Shown here: piece after piece, positions 12,371 through 24,724 of the stretch | How the letters are laid out: each line of letters starts with the position of its first letter | Position numbering within the stretch: position 1 is the stretch's first letter | Source of the DNA: Selaginella moellendorffii | Lineage: Eukaryota > Plantae > Lycopodiophyta | Assembly: GCF_000143415.4 (NCBI RefSeq) | Contig: NW_003314354.1 | Span: forward strand, 410,575 to 474,574 | Length of the DNA: 64,000 nt | Direction of reading: 5' to 3' | The notes under the pieces: model-generated | Databases searched by the model: none | Told to the model about the DNA's origin: nothing | Seen by the model: the letters and a program-made list of their open reading frames with translations, nothing else | Position numbers and translations under genes: made by a program

Positions 12371-14435
12371 AACAATTTCCTCTTTGTCTTGGATATTATT
12401 TGACAATTTTAAAATGCCAAGATCAAACATTTTATTGTATGGGCATCTACTTACCCTAGCCAATCTTTACTCATGGGCAGCTCTATGTTGCATTCTCAAG
12501 ATGCACATCACTACAACAATTTACAATTCAAGTTGACACAACTCATACACAAGGCCATTTAATTCCATTCAATTCATCAACACTCACCATCAATACTGTA
12601 TACAAAGAAGCTTTATATTAATTAACTCTTCTTCTACTACACTTTAAAACATAAAAAACAAACTATAATAAACTTTGTTTATTTTGTAACTTTCCCTATG
12701 GCCCAATGGATAGCAATGGGCTAGCAATGCCTGGTGCTAGAGATGGAGGCTCGGGAGCTTGCACCACTTGAGCATGGGGATCTTCATTGTACATAATGTA
12801 TGTATGATAGCTTAGGCCATTGAGGAATGATCTACTTCCTTGCACACTAGATTGACACTAGATTCTCTAACTCAACACAAATGTGTGTGCTTGTGCTGGA
12901 TATACAAATAGTGGGGAGATGAAGGACCTCTCCCCGGCAAAAGTCAACATCTCTCTGGCCAGATGATCTCACACAACAATAGATCCTATATCTTTTACAC
13001 GCGTTTTATCTTGTTTAATGGTTTTTCCCAAGAGGGTTTGGATAAGCCCATTGCTGTTGTCCTTACAATCCTATCTAGCAACTCTTATTAGCTAAAGTTG
13101 TTGGATCTCAAGCCCAGGCTAGGGTTGGTAGCCATGGTTGTGGGAAAAATCACATTGATTTTTGGATGGCCAATCAATAATAAGCATGTTGGCTAGAAGA
13201 AAAGAAGCTCATTGGGTGTTGTGGGTGCAAGCCATGGATTAGAGAAGATATATGTTGTTCCAGGAATCACATTGCACCTAGGATAGGAGAAATTTGCCCA
13301 TTGCCCTGAATCCATTCCCAACAACATGTACTCTTAGCATCGTCGAGCAATGATGAAGGATGATTGTGCCGAGAATTGTCATTGGGCTCACGCCACATAA
13401 AGTTTAAGGTTGCCCACAATCATTTGGAATTGACACTTCAATGGCTGCTGAATCAAAGCTCAATGCTTCTACTTTTGGTTGACCAGCACTAGAATTACTC
13501 CAAAGCTTCCAAGATCTAGACCAAGAAAGTAAGTCAAGTGTTGACACTGAGTGTTTTTTCATGCAGTTTTAGTGTGACAATCAGGAAGAAGAAGCTTTAT
13601 GGTAGTTATAGGTGCCAGTAACTAGAATGCAAGTGTCTTGATGGGCTGGCCATACAATCAATAATGGCAGCCACTAATTTGGTCCTAAACCACAGCAATC
13701 TAGCCTTTTGTGTGCTGTGGACATTTGAGATGTGTTCATTTGGGTTTGTGGATGCTATTGAGTGGTAAAGCTGGAGCTAGAGCTAGCCTTCAATGCAACC
13801 AGAACCATTAGAGAGTTTGCAGTTCCTATTCTTCTATGTGAGAGAACAAGCCCAAAGTGAGTTCTTGAAGCCATAGTTTGCAAACCCCATCTACTTCTCA
13901 TGGGCCCAAGTGTCGGGCGTGGACCATACTTGAGCTCACGAGTTGAGCTCAATTTTCAATTGTAATTTGATACAAACATTATAAATTTTAAAATTTTAAG
14001 GTTATGGCGAACCTAATAATTTAATAACTCTCTATATATTATATAGATAAAAATGTTCTAAAGAACACATTTTGTTCTAATAATTTAAATATTTACTACA
14101 TGCAATGATAGGGACATTTGTTAGAACATAAAATAAAATGTTTGAAAAAAGAGTATTCTTGTCACTTCTTTAAATTTGTACTCTATGCTTTTTGGCTAGT
14201 AAATGTTAGGTTTGTCAGAATTAAAAAATTATTAAATTTGAAATAAGATTCTATGTGAAGCCATATAACCGTTTGAAAGGAAAAAAAATAACTGTTGATG
14301 TAAGCTTATTGCATATAAAAGAAAGACTTGGTTCTTTGTAGAATACATTCTTGAGGGGTTTGTCGTAGCATACTGTCTAGAATTTATAGATCTTCATTCA
14401 CACTCTCATTCGAAAAAAGGGAAATACACCCATAA

Positions 14436-14888
14436 ATGTCTATGGGTTCTAGTGTTGGTAATTTTAACTCTCACAATCTTTCTTCCCAGGGCTCAAGGGC
14501 TAGGAGATGCAATAACTATCCCATTGCACAACATAACCAAATCACACAAGAGAATGAAAGAGAGGATAGTGAGGATAGTGATCATGAGTTGGAGATAAAT
14601 GCAATGACAGAGGGTGCAACAAATTGGGTGAAAAAGAATGCCCTCTTACTTGTTTTAGAAAAATGCAATTCTGCCACTTTCAAGAAGTGCCCCATATGTT
14701 TTCTAGCGTCTGGTGGAAACAATGGCAATGATCAGTATGATGGTATATATGCTCTTGCGACACACTGCAACATCACACACCCGAAAGACTACCATGAAAT
14801 CTTTTTTGAGATGGTAAAGACAGAAATGGAGACACACGAGTACTATGGGCAGTATTGCGAGAAGAACACTCGGAAGCATATAAAATGA
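14436..14888 (+). CDS. Small MULE-borne protein with a zf-XS-like (SGS3-type) zinc finger
   Basis: Intact 150-aa ORF with CPICF...YDGIYALATHC...HPKDYHEIF after an acidic, disordered N-terminus. Confidence 0.5.
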   Translation: MSMGSSVGNFNSHNLSSQGSRARRCNNYPIAQHNQITQENEREDSEDSDHELEINAMTEGATNWVKKNALLLVLEKCNSATFKKCPICFLASGGNNGNDQYDGIYALATHCNITHPKDYHEIFFEMVKTEMETHEYYGQYCEKNTRKHIK

Positions 14889-14979
14889 AAAGTGAAATGA
14901 AAAAGCACATTTGTATTAATTATATAAAGTATAATAAGTTTTATTGATAGAGAATAAACATCGATAGTGTTGGAGAAAT

Positions 14980-16763
14980 CTAATTAGCTCCAAAAGTCTT
15001 TTGCAACTCAGCAATAGTAAGGCTTGCTTGGTGTATATGAATATCCACTTTAGGATACTGGTGCAAGATGTTGATGAAGATGTAGTACATATGCTTGCAA
15101 GGAGCATATGCCTTCCCATGTTCCTCACGCTTCGTAAAGTCTGGACATGTGCAAGAAGGAAAGTCGTGAATGGCAATTGTGTACTCTCCACCTTCTGTTT
15201 TGACTATGTACTCCTTTGCAAGCGCAGTGATGTACTTCGTGGAGAGAATCTCACACTCAAGTGTTTGAGCCAAGTTTATTTTACCTTGCTTCTACTTGGA
15301 GATGGTACCAATAAATTTAATTGCTTTACCTTTTCGTGCTGGCCTCCTGTGCATCTCTGTAGGAATAGTCCTGCTCCTGTCATTCATGTCTCCAACTCTC
15401 CTCTCAAGATTAAAATCAGATTTCTCAAGGTTTTCAATCTCATCCGAGGTGAGTGCGACCCCATTAGCAACCGGCCATTCTTTAGGTACTGCATCAGGTT
15501 TAGTCACTATAGTGTCTTCAAGCCGCTTCGTATGGTTGGCGTCGGTGTTGCAACAATATAGCCAGCACCATCTTGAAAATCCTGCTTGCTTTCGTTCCCC
15601 ATAGAAACATGGGGCTGGAACAGAAGCAGATTTTTCACCACGAATCCAGGCCCAACACTTGCCCCTCGGAAGCATCCCCACACACCTTACATTTGATTTT
15701 GCTGGCACACGTCGGATTGCCCATTGCTTCGGCTCCACGCTACGGTAAGCAATTTCAACTTGTTGCGATGCACTCTCTTCATCAGCCACTTGAGGTGGCT
15801 CAGTCCGAGAGCGGTGTCTTGGAGCAGAATGGCACTCGACATTAGGCCTGTGGGAGCTTTTTGCTCCAAGGTCCGTACAAACATCTTCCCCAGCAAAGGA
15901 AAAACGATGCTTTGAGCGAACAGTTTTCATATCACCAATAGAAGCTCGGGGAGTGTACTCCATAGATGTGCCACGAACCACTTCCTCAACTGCAGTTGCC
16001 ACTGTTCAGGCGGGTGGAGTTAATTTTCTCTTCATCCTATCATGTAACATCTCAACAGAAGGCCCTGTTCCCATATATCTTCCTTCCTCAAATGCCAGTG
16101 CTTTTGAAGATTGCTCTATAGCACATATCAAATTTGATAGACAGGCTTCGTATAGACTCATCTTCCCTTTCCCTGCCTCAGAGGAACGCCAACTCCAATG
16201 CTTACTTTCGGAGAGATTCACAGTTGGGGTGTATGCGAGGTCCTCAAGTGGTTGATCCTAATGGAAAAGGCAATATTAAAAGGTAATAAAAGGAGAAGAA
16301 AAAATATAAACCAACCTGAAAAGAGTGATGTCCCCATTGGAACATCCTAACTTCCCACCATCCTAACCATGACTCAAGTTGTGGTAGGCAACTTACGTCT
16401 GTATGGCCATCTTCACGCCACCACATTCGGATCTCATTTGCTTTTGCCTCATGCTCTTCTTCAGAAGGTGCAACCTGCCATTGTTTGCACAACTCCTTAA
16501 ATATTGATTGAAACTTTGGCTTGATAAGGTGGCAGTGCTGGTTTAGGCTTTGAGCCCAATGGAACTCACAAGTCCTCTCACGACCTTCCAATGGTTGACC
16601 ATTCCCAAAAACTGCTCGGATACCATTCCAGTTTGCACCAGCCCCATCTGCCATGAAACCACGAAAGTTTGCAGGCTTACCAGACTGCTTTAGGACAATA
16701 TCAGAGAGGGACTTCCAAAATATTTCCTGTGCTGTCTGGTCTTGTACTTTAAACTCTGCTGTC
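14980..16763 (-). pseudogene. MULE transposase, C-terminal part (catalytic core plus SWIM zinc finger)
   Basis: FRGFMADGAGANWNGI...CEFHW, TVNLSESKH, and SWIM PSCTCPDF...PCKHMYYI. One intron at ~16258-16315; in-frame stops at 16006 and 15292. Confidence 0.85.
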
Positions 16764-17205
16764 AAGCTCTATTTCGTTAAAGTGGGAATTGTCATTATCC
16801 CACTTGTAAAATAAGGTTTCCAAACCTTTATATAGTATATAAATATAACAAAATTCAACTGCATTGAGGCACATGCCATTTTATTTTAAACAAGGAAATG
16901 TCTACTCAATCACTTCTCCTCCCCCTACCACTACTTCACCTCTCTCTTCTCCTTGTCATCGTTGTCCAATTTCTTTCCATCCTTTTAATATTGGCTCAGT
17001 TGCTCCGAGTCTAGGTGGAGCCCAAGTCCCCATTCAATCTTTACTTTCCCCTTATTAATAAAATAACTTCGTAGACTTCCAATAACATGCTGTAACACTT
17101 CTAGTATAATGCAAATCCTCTTAAAGAATTATCTTTTAATATTAATACAATGGCATGGAACCCCATGCCATAATAAGTTACATTTTTAAATAAATACATG
17201 CCATC

Positions 17206-20200
17206 TCAGACTGTTATTTTTTGCCTCCAACGCCTATACAATAATCTTGGAATTTCATCACTCTCCACACTATCAGGATTTAAACCCAATAGTAATGCCA
17301 TCTCTTCTCTAATACGTCCACGCTCATGTTCAGTGGTCGAAGAACCCATCCGGTTGAGCAGATTATGGAGATGCGGATAGTGCTTGGCTAGACAATATAC
17401 ATGCCATAAATGATGACTGGTGTCTGTCCGATCAAATGGCTTCTGATATACCGTTCCATCTGCCATTTGGTTGATTTCTGCAGCCACCTCCTGGACTGGC
17501 CGGTTCTCTATCACCATCGCTCCAAGCTGTTTTGCAAGGTCCCCCAGAACATACGGTTTCTTCTCCCTAGTTTCCATACTGCAAGAGATGGGGTGCACTG
17601 CATATGTGTGCATGTTCGCTGCAGTTTTAATCGGCGAGTCATCGATGATGAGGATTTCACTTGACCTAGCAGTCCGGTGTAAGCTCCTGAGTTTGGACTT
17701 CCCGGGAGGTCACCCAGCCCAGTACTATTCAAACCCAAGGACGCTTAACTCTAAAATATCCCAAGACCCTTAACCGATTGGAAAAGGGGGTGCACTCTTG
17801 TTTATGGGCCCTTTTCCCTCTATATTTGAACCCCAACGGATCGTCTCTCGAGTCGTTCCCTTTGGTTGCTTACAATCCACCACGCTTCCCTGCAAGTTCA
17901 CGCCCTCGTGAACGGAAACTAAGAGCCACAACTCTCCCGAGAGCCCCGCTCTCTTGACACCCTACCCCTCGGGTCGAGCCTAACGGGAACAAACTGGACC
18001 AGCCAGATGTCAATCAACATGTGGTGTGATTCCCTTAGCCAACCAACAGAGTCGGACCCGAGACCTCTCTGATACCAAATGTAAGCTCCTGAGTTTGGAC
18101 TTCCCGGGAGGTCACCCAGCCCAGTACTATTCAAACCCAAGGACGCTTAACTCCAAAATATCCCAAGACCCTTAACCGATTGGAAAAGGGGGTGCACTCT
18201 TGTTCATGGGCCCTTTTCCCTCTATATTTGAACCCCAACGGATCGTCTCTCGAGTCGTTCCCTTTGGTTGCTTACATCCGGTTCATCACTACAGCCTCTG
18301 GCTTGACGAAGATGGGCTTGCTACCCCTCACATGGACCACAGTCAAGCAATCCTCCTGCGTTAGGAGAAAGTCAAATGGTAATATTACTCGCGTCTGATC
18401 GTGCATCATCTGTAGCAACGTTAATGCATTGTGGCGCATCATGGATGTCCAAACTCCCAATTGCAAATTGAACCCGGCCCTCTGTTTTAAGTGTCGCATG
18501 GTCATTATTAGATCCCGCAGTTTCTCCCGTGTGATTAATGTGAATCTGTCTCTTTTGACCAACTTGCGACCGCAGGCTTTGGAGGGTGCAATGACATTCG
18601 AGGACGAGCCACGCTCATGGGAGAAAAGGACACCGTTCAGATCAAAAATGATACAGTACCTTCGCCGTGACTCTGAAATGAAATGCGTCAGCATAAAAAA
18701 TGGTACAAGTCAATTTTACCATCTACAATATTAGCGAATGGTGCTCCTGATGGTCGTTGAGAGGGTTTTGGTCGAGGAAACGTGAAGGGCGGAAATACTC
18801 TCCTCTGCAATGTGGGGTCAATCGCATCCGATGGCGTGTGGGCACATGCCATTTCAGTTGTAGACTCTGGTACAACTGGCTCAACAGTGGCATGGGGTGG
18901 TTCCAATGGCATGTGATCACACGCCATTTCAGCTGGTGCCTCTGTTGGCAAAGTGGACATGACCGAATAGGCAGTAAGGGCGGTGTAGGGAGGTTCCAAC
19001 GGCGCGTAGTTAGACGATTGGGCACACGTTGAGTCCGTTGGAAATGAGGATACGACCGGCTCGGCGGCTGGGGCGGCCTCATGCGGGTCCAATGGCGCCT
19101 GGTCACCGTCAGTTGGATACGTGGACAAGATTGACTCAGTGGTATGGGCAGCATCAAGTGGAGCGTGGTCAGCTTGCTTGGCGTTGATATGGATAGTAGC
19201 CTCCACCAGCTCTGATGACTTTTGCAGGCAAGTAGAGTCCACTGGCGGATCCATATGCATGTCCAAATATCTCCCTTCGATTGAGATGGTATCCTCCCGT
19301 GCTACTAAAAACAAACTCATTAGCACATTGAATTGACTATACTGTATTTACCATCAATTGCTATTGAGGAACTAGGACCGATATCACTTGGGCGCACTGC
19401 TGATTCTAAAGGATTGGACATACGTTTCGACCCTTGCTTGGCACTATCCTTCCTCGACACTAAAGGCTAGAGTTTGTAAATTCAACTGAATAATCTCTAC
19501 TTACCATTTGCTCTGCGACCTACATGGACAATGTTAGAAATGGTAAAAGGTTAGGAATGGATGTACTATTATTTACCTGATGGTTTGTCTTGTATGACCT
19601 TCCTCCGCTGCTCTTTGGCCACCTCAGGCTGGCCATCGTCGTCATCATCATCGTCGTCGTTATTGTGATCGTCACCATTGTGAGGACCATCCAAGTCCTC
19701 TTCGTCCTCCTCTTCTTCGTCCTCCTCTTCTTCGTCCTCCTCTTCTTCGTCCTCCTCTTCTTTGTCCTCCTCTTCGTCCTTCTGCTCTTTCTGCTCATTA
19801 TCTTTCTCTGGCTCCTCATCCCCCTCCTGCATTTCTTCCATAGGCTGCTCAGGCTGGATGGCTTGTTCTTCCAGGACCATCTTGGGAAAATCATCTGGCC
19901 GAGTTTCCATCTCAAAATACAAGACATCCATAGCCTGTTTTAGTGCGTGACCTAAGACCGTATCCTCACCCGACTGTCTTAACATGGTTTCTGCACGTTT
20001 TTGCACCCTTCGAAGACGACAAGATGAGAAAAACGTGGCCCTGACTTGAAAAGCATCCCTCATCCATTGTACCTCTCCATTGAGATTGGGGAAGGGGAGT
20101 CCGTTATAGGAATCTGAGTCAGGAGGTGGTGATTGCCTGCTTTCACTCAGCCCTTGATCTGCAATGAATGGCATGAGCACACACGCCATAACCGCAAGGC

Positions 20201-23200
20201 ATTACCTATCATCTTTTCGTTGCCCTTCTTCCTTTTCGAATCAAACGCCTCTGATCTTGACGACTGTCCAACGTGCTTTCGCTTTTTATGACCACTGTCA
20301 GTTTGAGCTTGGCTGGTGCTTGCCTGTTTTGCCTTTGAAGAAGTGTCTCCTGCAAGGAATGGCATGAGACCACATGCCATTGCAAATATAATTTGTACCT
20401 CCTTTTTTTCTATTGCTTGTCTGTTTGTCCTTCTTCGATGCGCCACCAGTGCGCTTTTCAGTCCTCGTGTCTGAATATTCACAACGATCTATAATCAAAA
20501 TGGCGTGAGGCCTCACGTGACCTTACCTTGTGCAGGTTGTGAGCTCGGCCCAACATGGGTATCTTCAACAGTAGCTGTTAACCCCATTTCAGCATCTGGG
20601 GGTGGCCACGCTCCTGCATACAGAGCTTGTGAGATAACATTTAAACTTAAAGTGTGTACTCACCAGGTTCGCAGAGAAGATACTATTTTTCTTTGGCAAC
20701 TGTAATTATATGCTCCATTGAAGTCACCTCTTCAATGGAGTTTGTCACCGCAACACACGGGACACCCTTGAGTAGTGCGGCTCGAAAGAATAGTCTGCTG
20801 CAGTTGTACTCGACAACGCATTTGCCCTTGGAGTTGGAAGCAGGTGACCCACCCGCTATTGCATTGAACACCCAGCTGAGCATTTCCCATGCTGCACCTA
20901 GAGCTTTCTTTGGATTCGAAAGCTCCATAGCCGTCTTTAGTTCCTCAGGCACAGGTAAATTGACCTCCCTCAGATCAATTTGATTGGCCTTGTCGAATGA
21001 AGCTGGGAAGTCACTCCAGTCCCACTCTGCTGCAGGACCAACAAGGGCGAGTGTGAAGATGCGGACATTCGTCGGTATCTTCTTCTTAGCCATTATCCCA
21101 TGGATCTCCCGCATCTCCTTGCCTTTCAACCGAGCCTTCACCTCGTTCAAGGCCTTCCAGAACTTGTGATAGGATTCAGAGTCGTAGATCATATAGTGGA
21201 CTGAAGATTCCACCTCCGCAAGTCCCACCATTAAGTCAATGATGGAGCTGACTTCGTCTGCATGAGTGATCTCCTCGTTTGTGAAGTCCATCACACAAAA
21301 GATGTTCTTGACTTGCTCATCTCCGCGGGAAACGATGCTCCTCCACCTTTGATCCTCATCCGAATTCAAGTATACCCGGTAAGGTTCTCGATAGGCCTCT
21401 GCTGCGGGGTCGAGCTGTTTCTGAAGCCGGCGGTCGACATCAATCTTAATGAAATTTGGATACTGATCCAACTTCTCAGCTTTACTTTTCGTGGCATCCC
21501 GCAGCAGATCGATGAACTTGGGGGCCCCCTTCACGTACTCGTCGATGTCTTCATTTGACAAATCCAGCGCTTCCATCATCTCTTGCGTGGTGTCGATGCT
21601 CACCCTCTCCATGGCCACTTGCTCGAAGATCCAATCCTTCAATAGCGCACGAGCTCTCAGAGTCGTGCACAAGTCCTCGTATGTCACAATATGGCCGGGA
21701 GTCATTTTGGTCTTGTTGAAGACTACCTCACCACGTAGAAGAGCATTAGCCACTATCAGAAGGTCGTCGTCGTCTAGAGACCGCGAGAAACGCAAGGCGT
21801 TGAGCTTCAAATCATTGGGCTTCCGGCCGTCCTCCACACCCATTGAGTTTGGCAACTCCCCGTCATGGTACCTCCTCAGCACATCTACCCATTTGTCAAA
21901 AACAACTTTTGTCGCGAGTAGAATGTTATGGATGCTAAGTGTGTCATTGACCCCCAGTGTTTTCGAGAGAAGACTCGAGAATTCCTGCAATGGAAATGGC
22001 GTGAGGCCACATGCTATGCCACATGCAACGAGGCTTACCTGCCAGGCGCTAGTTGCTAGTGCACGTCCTTGTCCTGGTTTTTGTGGCTTCTTCAGTTGAA
22101 CCCAGAGCTTCCGTGTTCGTGCCAATGTCTCGTGCAGACCCGATTTGTAGCACGTTTCTTGCTTGACATTCTGCGCGTGGGAGATGTATATGATAGATCG
22201 GAGGGGCGAGTTGCCTTTTATCAGGCGGACAACTCTTGTCTTGAAGACTTTCTTCACCTCCTCGCCCACCATAATATCCACAACTATCTCTTGCATCGCC
22301 AAGCTAGAATGCTGCCCGGAGACGGCATAGAACCGGATGTTCTGATCGTCCAACACCTTCCTATTGATCAAGTCTGGAAACCTCGTCTCGCCCTTCATTG
22401 TTCGGTAGTAGGGGATCACGTCTGCGATGTCGGGTGTTACTGGACTTGCCAGCATCTTCTGCTTCAGTTTCTCCACCCACTCATCAGATACTAGCCTGTG
22501 GTTGTATTTGCTTTGGATGTCGATACGGCTCACATCGATTGTATATACTTTGTTGGAATAGTAACAAGTACTATTATCTGCGACGATTTTTGCTGCCTCT
22601 TCTTGCTCTTTCTGCTCTTTGCGGCTCTTCTTTTTGGTGGGTGTAGTGTTCGAACCCGAGGCAATGGCATCACCGAGTAGCTTCTTTTTTGGAGGAGAGT
22701 TGGACGTCGGCTTGAGCTTGACCACCCTTTTCTGCTTCGGGGTAGTTTCCAGATCGACCCCCTTCCCCTTCGCTTCGCGAACTGGAGGCACTCTCAACGG
22801 CTCAATGTTGGAATATAGTTTTTGAACATTGCCGTAGGTGAGGTCCGTGGATTCCATGTGATCTTCATAGACCCGCAGCGTCTTTGAAATTGTGGGCCTC
22901 CTGGACAACCTTTCCCTAGCTCCCTCTAGGAATTCCTCATAGCCGCTGCCCCCCTCCGGGAAGCCGCTAGGATGTGCAAGATGGATCTTGAAGGCAGACG
23001 CTGTCTCTACCACAAGTGCCAGTCCATATTCTTGCATGGAACTGCATGGAGTGTCTGTCACTTGGATGAGGATCCCCATGCATTCTTTTCTCCCACCATC
23101 TGTATTGTACAGCCTCAGATCCTCGCATTCCATCCCGAAAGTCCAACTGGTGAGCTCCTCCCCCTTCTCTGCATCCACATTGACAGTGGCTGGAAGAAGA

Positions 23201-23235
23201 ACGCAATTCCTTGCCTGTTCAGAAATGCACAACAA
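17206..23235 (-). pseudogene. Large spliced cargo gene: ParB/Srx-like + degenerate amino-methyltransferase-like + acidic linker + FCP1/HAD phosphatase
   Basis: The 850-aa ORF continues past a single TAG (20683) through seven phase-1 GT-AG-bounded exons into IIFDLNGVL...GVWTS...IIDDSPIK. Disrupted by a Cassandra insertion. True start exon not resolved. Confidence 0.68.
17678..18276 (-). mobile_element. Cassandra TRIM retrotransposon (5S rRNA-like LTRs)
   Basis: 197-bp TGT..ACA LTRs at 17678-17874 and 18080-18276 (2 mismatches). 5-bp TSD TCCGG; PBS TGGTATCAGAG on the minus strand. Each LTR contains the 5S A/C-box region AGTTAAGCGTCCTTGGG...AGTACTGGGCTGGGTGACCTCCCGGGAAGTCC. Confidence 0.93.
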
Positions 23236-24698
23236 TTAGAGCTGACAGATGAAAAGCTAGCAGCTGGAAATAACGTGAGGCCACACGCCATTCACCACTG
23301 CATCAGATGTCTTGAGGCTGCATCCTAAGATGGCGTGAGGCTACACGCCATCTGTAACCGAACTGCACTCGAGAGCCCAATCGGTGCATGCCAATGTTGC
23401 TACTGAATGGCATGTGGCCTCATGCCATTTTCTACTTGGCCTAAAAGACTTACCATTTGAAGCCGAATGGAGGCGTGACAACCGGACTCGCTGGCGAATG
23501 TGCATTGTGTGTGCAGCGGATCGTAGCAGTAAGGCTACTCTGCCACTTACAGTTGGAGAGTGGTGCTGAAATCTCCCGGGACTCCAAGTGGGCTGCGTGT
23601 GGGTGGCGGATTGGGCGGCGGAGTTGGCGGCGAAGTTACAAACTGGGTGTGTCTTGAAGTGGACGCCGATGCACACGAGCGCGATGCGAGCGCGAGTGTG
23701 ATGCAAGCGCGAGTGGACGCCAATGCACACGAGAAACCTGTAGAGAAGTGGGAGCGCGAGTGGGAGCGCGATGCGAGCGCGAGTGTGTGAGCGCGAGTAC
23801 GAAGCAAAATGCAAAACCTAACCTCACACGCGCAAAATGTCACTACGGTTGGTAATCCCACCACGTCATCATTCCTCGGACTTGGGCGCCACCATTAATT
23901 TCTGGATCGGCGCGCGCATGCGTGAAATCCAAAAGAAATCCGCAACGTCATCATTCCTCGGACTGCATGCACGCGAAATCCAAAAGAAAGATCATGATTG
24001 GGATATCATTTAATACCCTCGCTATATTTATACCATGCATGATTGGATATTCCAAAGCATCTTGTATTTCCAGAAATGCCAGATGTTCAGCTAAATAAAT
24101 TGTTAGAGGATTTGATGTGACGTTCAAGCGTGTGGGCTCATGCAATTTTGATCCCAAAAAATGCACCAAAAAATGCTCGGCGTCATCTGGCGTTATCTCT
24201 TGAATGGCGTGGGGCCGCATGCCATTTTCAGGAGCACATAGGAGTATATTCCTAGAATATTCTGACACGCGCGAGATTGTTTTGAGTTTCCTGGAGATCC
24301 AACCGTTAGATCGCAACTAGATTTTACAGAATGGTATACAATGTCCTTCTTGATGACCCTGCAAAGAAGCATCTTGATCGGACACCACATGAGACCACAC
24401 GAGCCTTACAATGTTTCAGGGGCATTTGCCATAGATCTGACCGTTATTTTGCTCCAAAATTCTACAGTTTGGTGTGCATTGACCTTTCCATCGACACTGC
24501 AAAGGGACATCACAATCAGATGCGGGATCACAAGAAACCAACTTCACTAACTCTGGTTTCACCAAGATCTACGTAAGGAGTTATGAAATGAAAGGACGCT
24601 CTCTATTGAAATGTGTTTATGGTCCTAGGGGCATTGTGACATATCAAAGGATTTTGCATCAAGTTCTGTATTTGCATGTTTATCAAGCTACTGAATTG

Positions 24699-24724
24699 CT
24701 AAACCCTAAACCCTAACCCTAAAC
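24699..24724. repeat. Short telomere-like (telo-box) tract
   Basis: CTAAACCCTAAACCCTAACCCTAAAC, between the two divergent Sola genes. Confidence 0.7.

Noticed and set aside
11500-13650. Genes among the short ORFs after FRO
   Set aside because: Fragmentary and stop-ridden, with no recognisable family except the small Helitron piece.
17700-17755. 5S rRNA gene
   Set aside because: Only the internal promoter portion is present, embedded in Cassandra LTRs.
20700-21350. Active DNA methyltransferase
   Set aside because: No DPPY/SPPY/NPPY or FxGxG motif; at most a degenerate fold.
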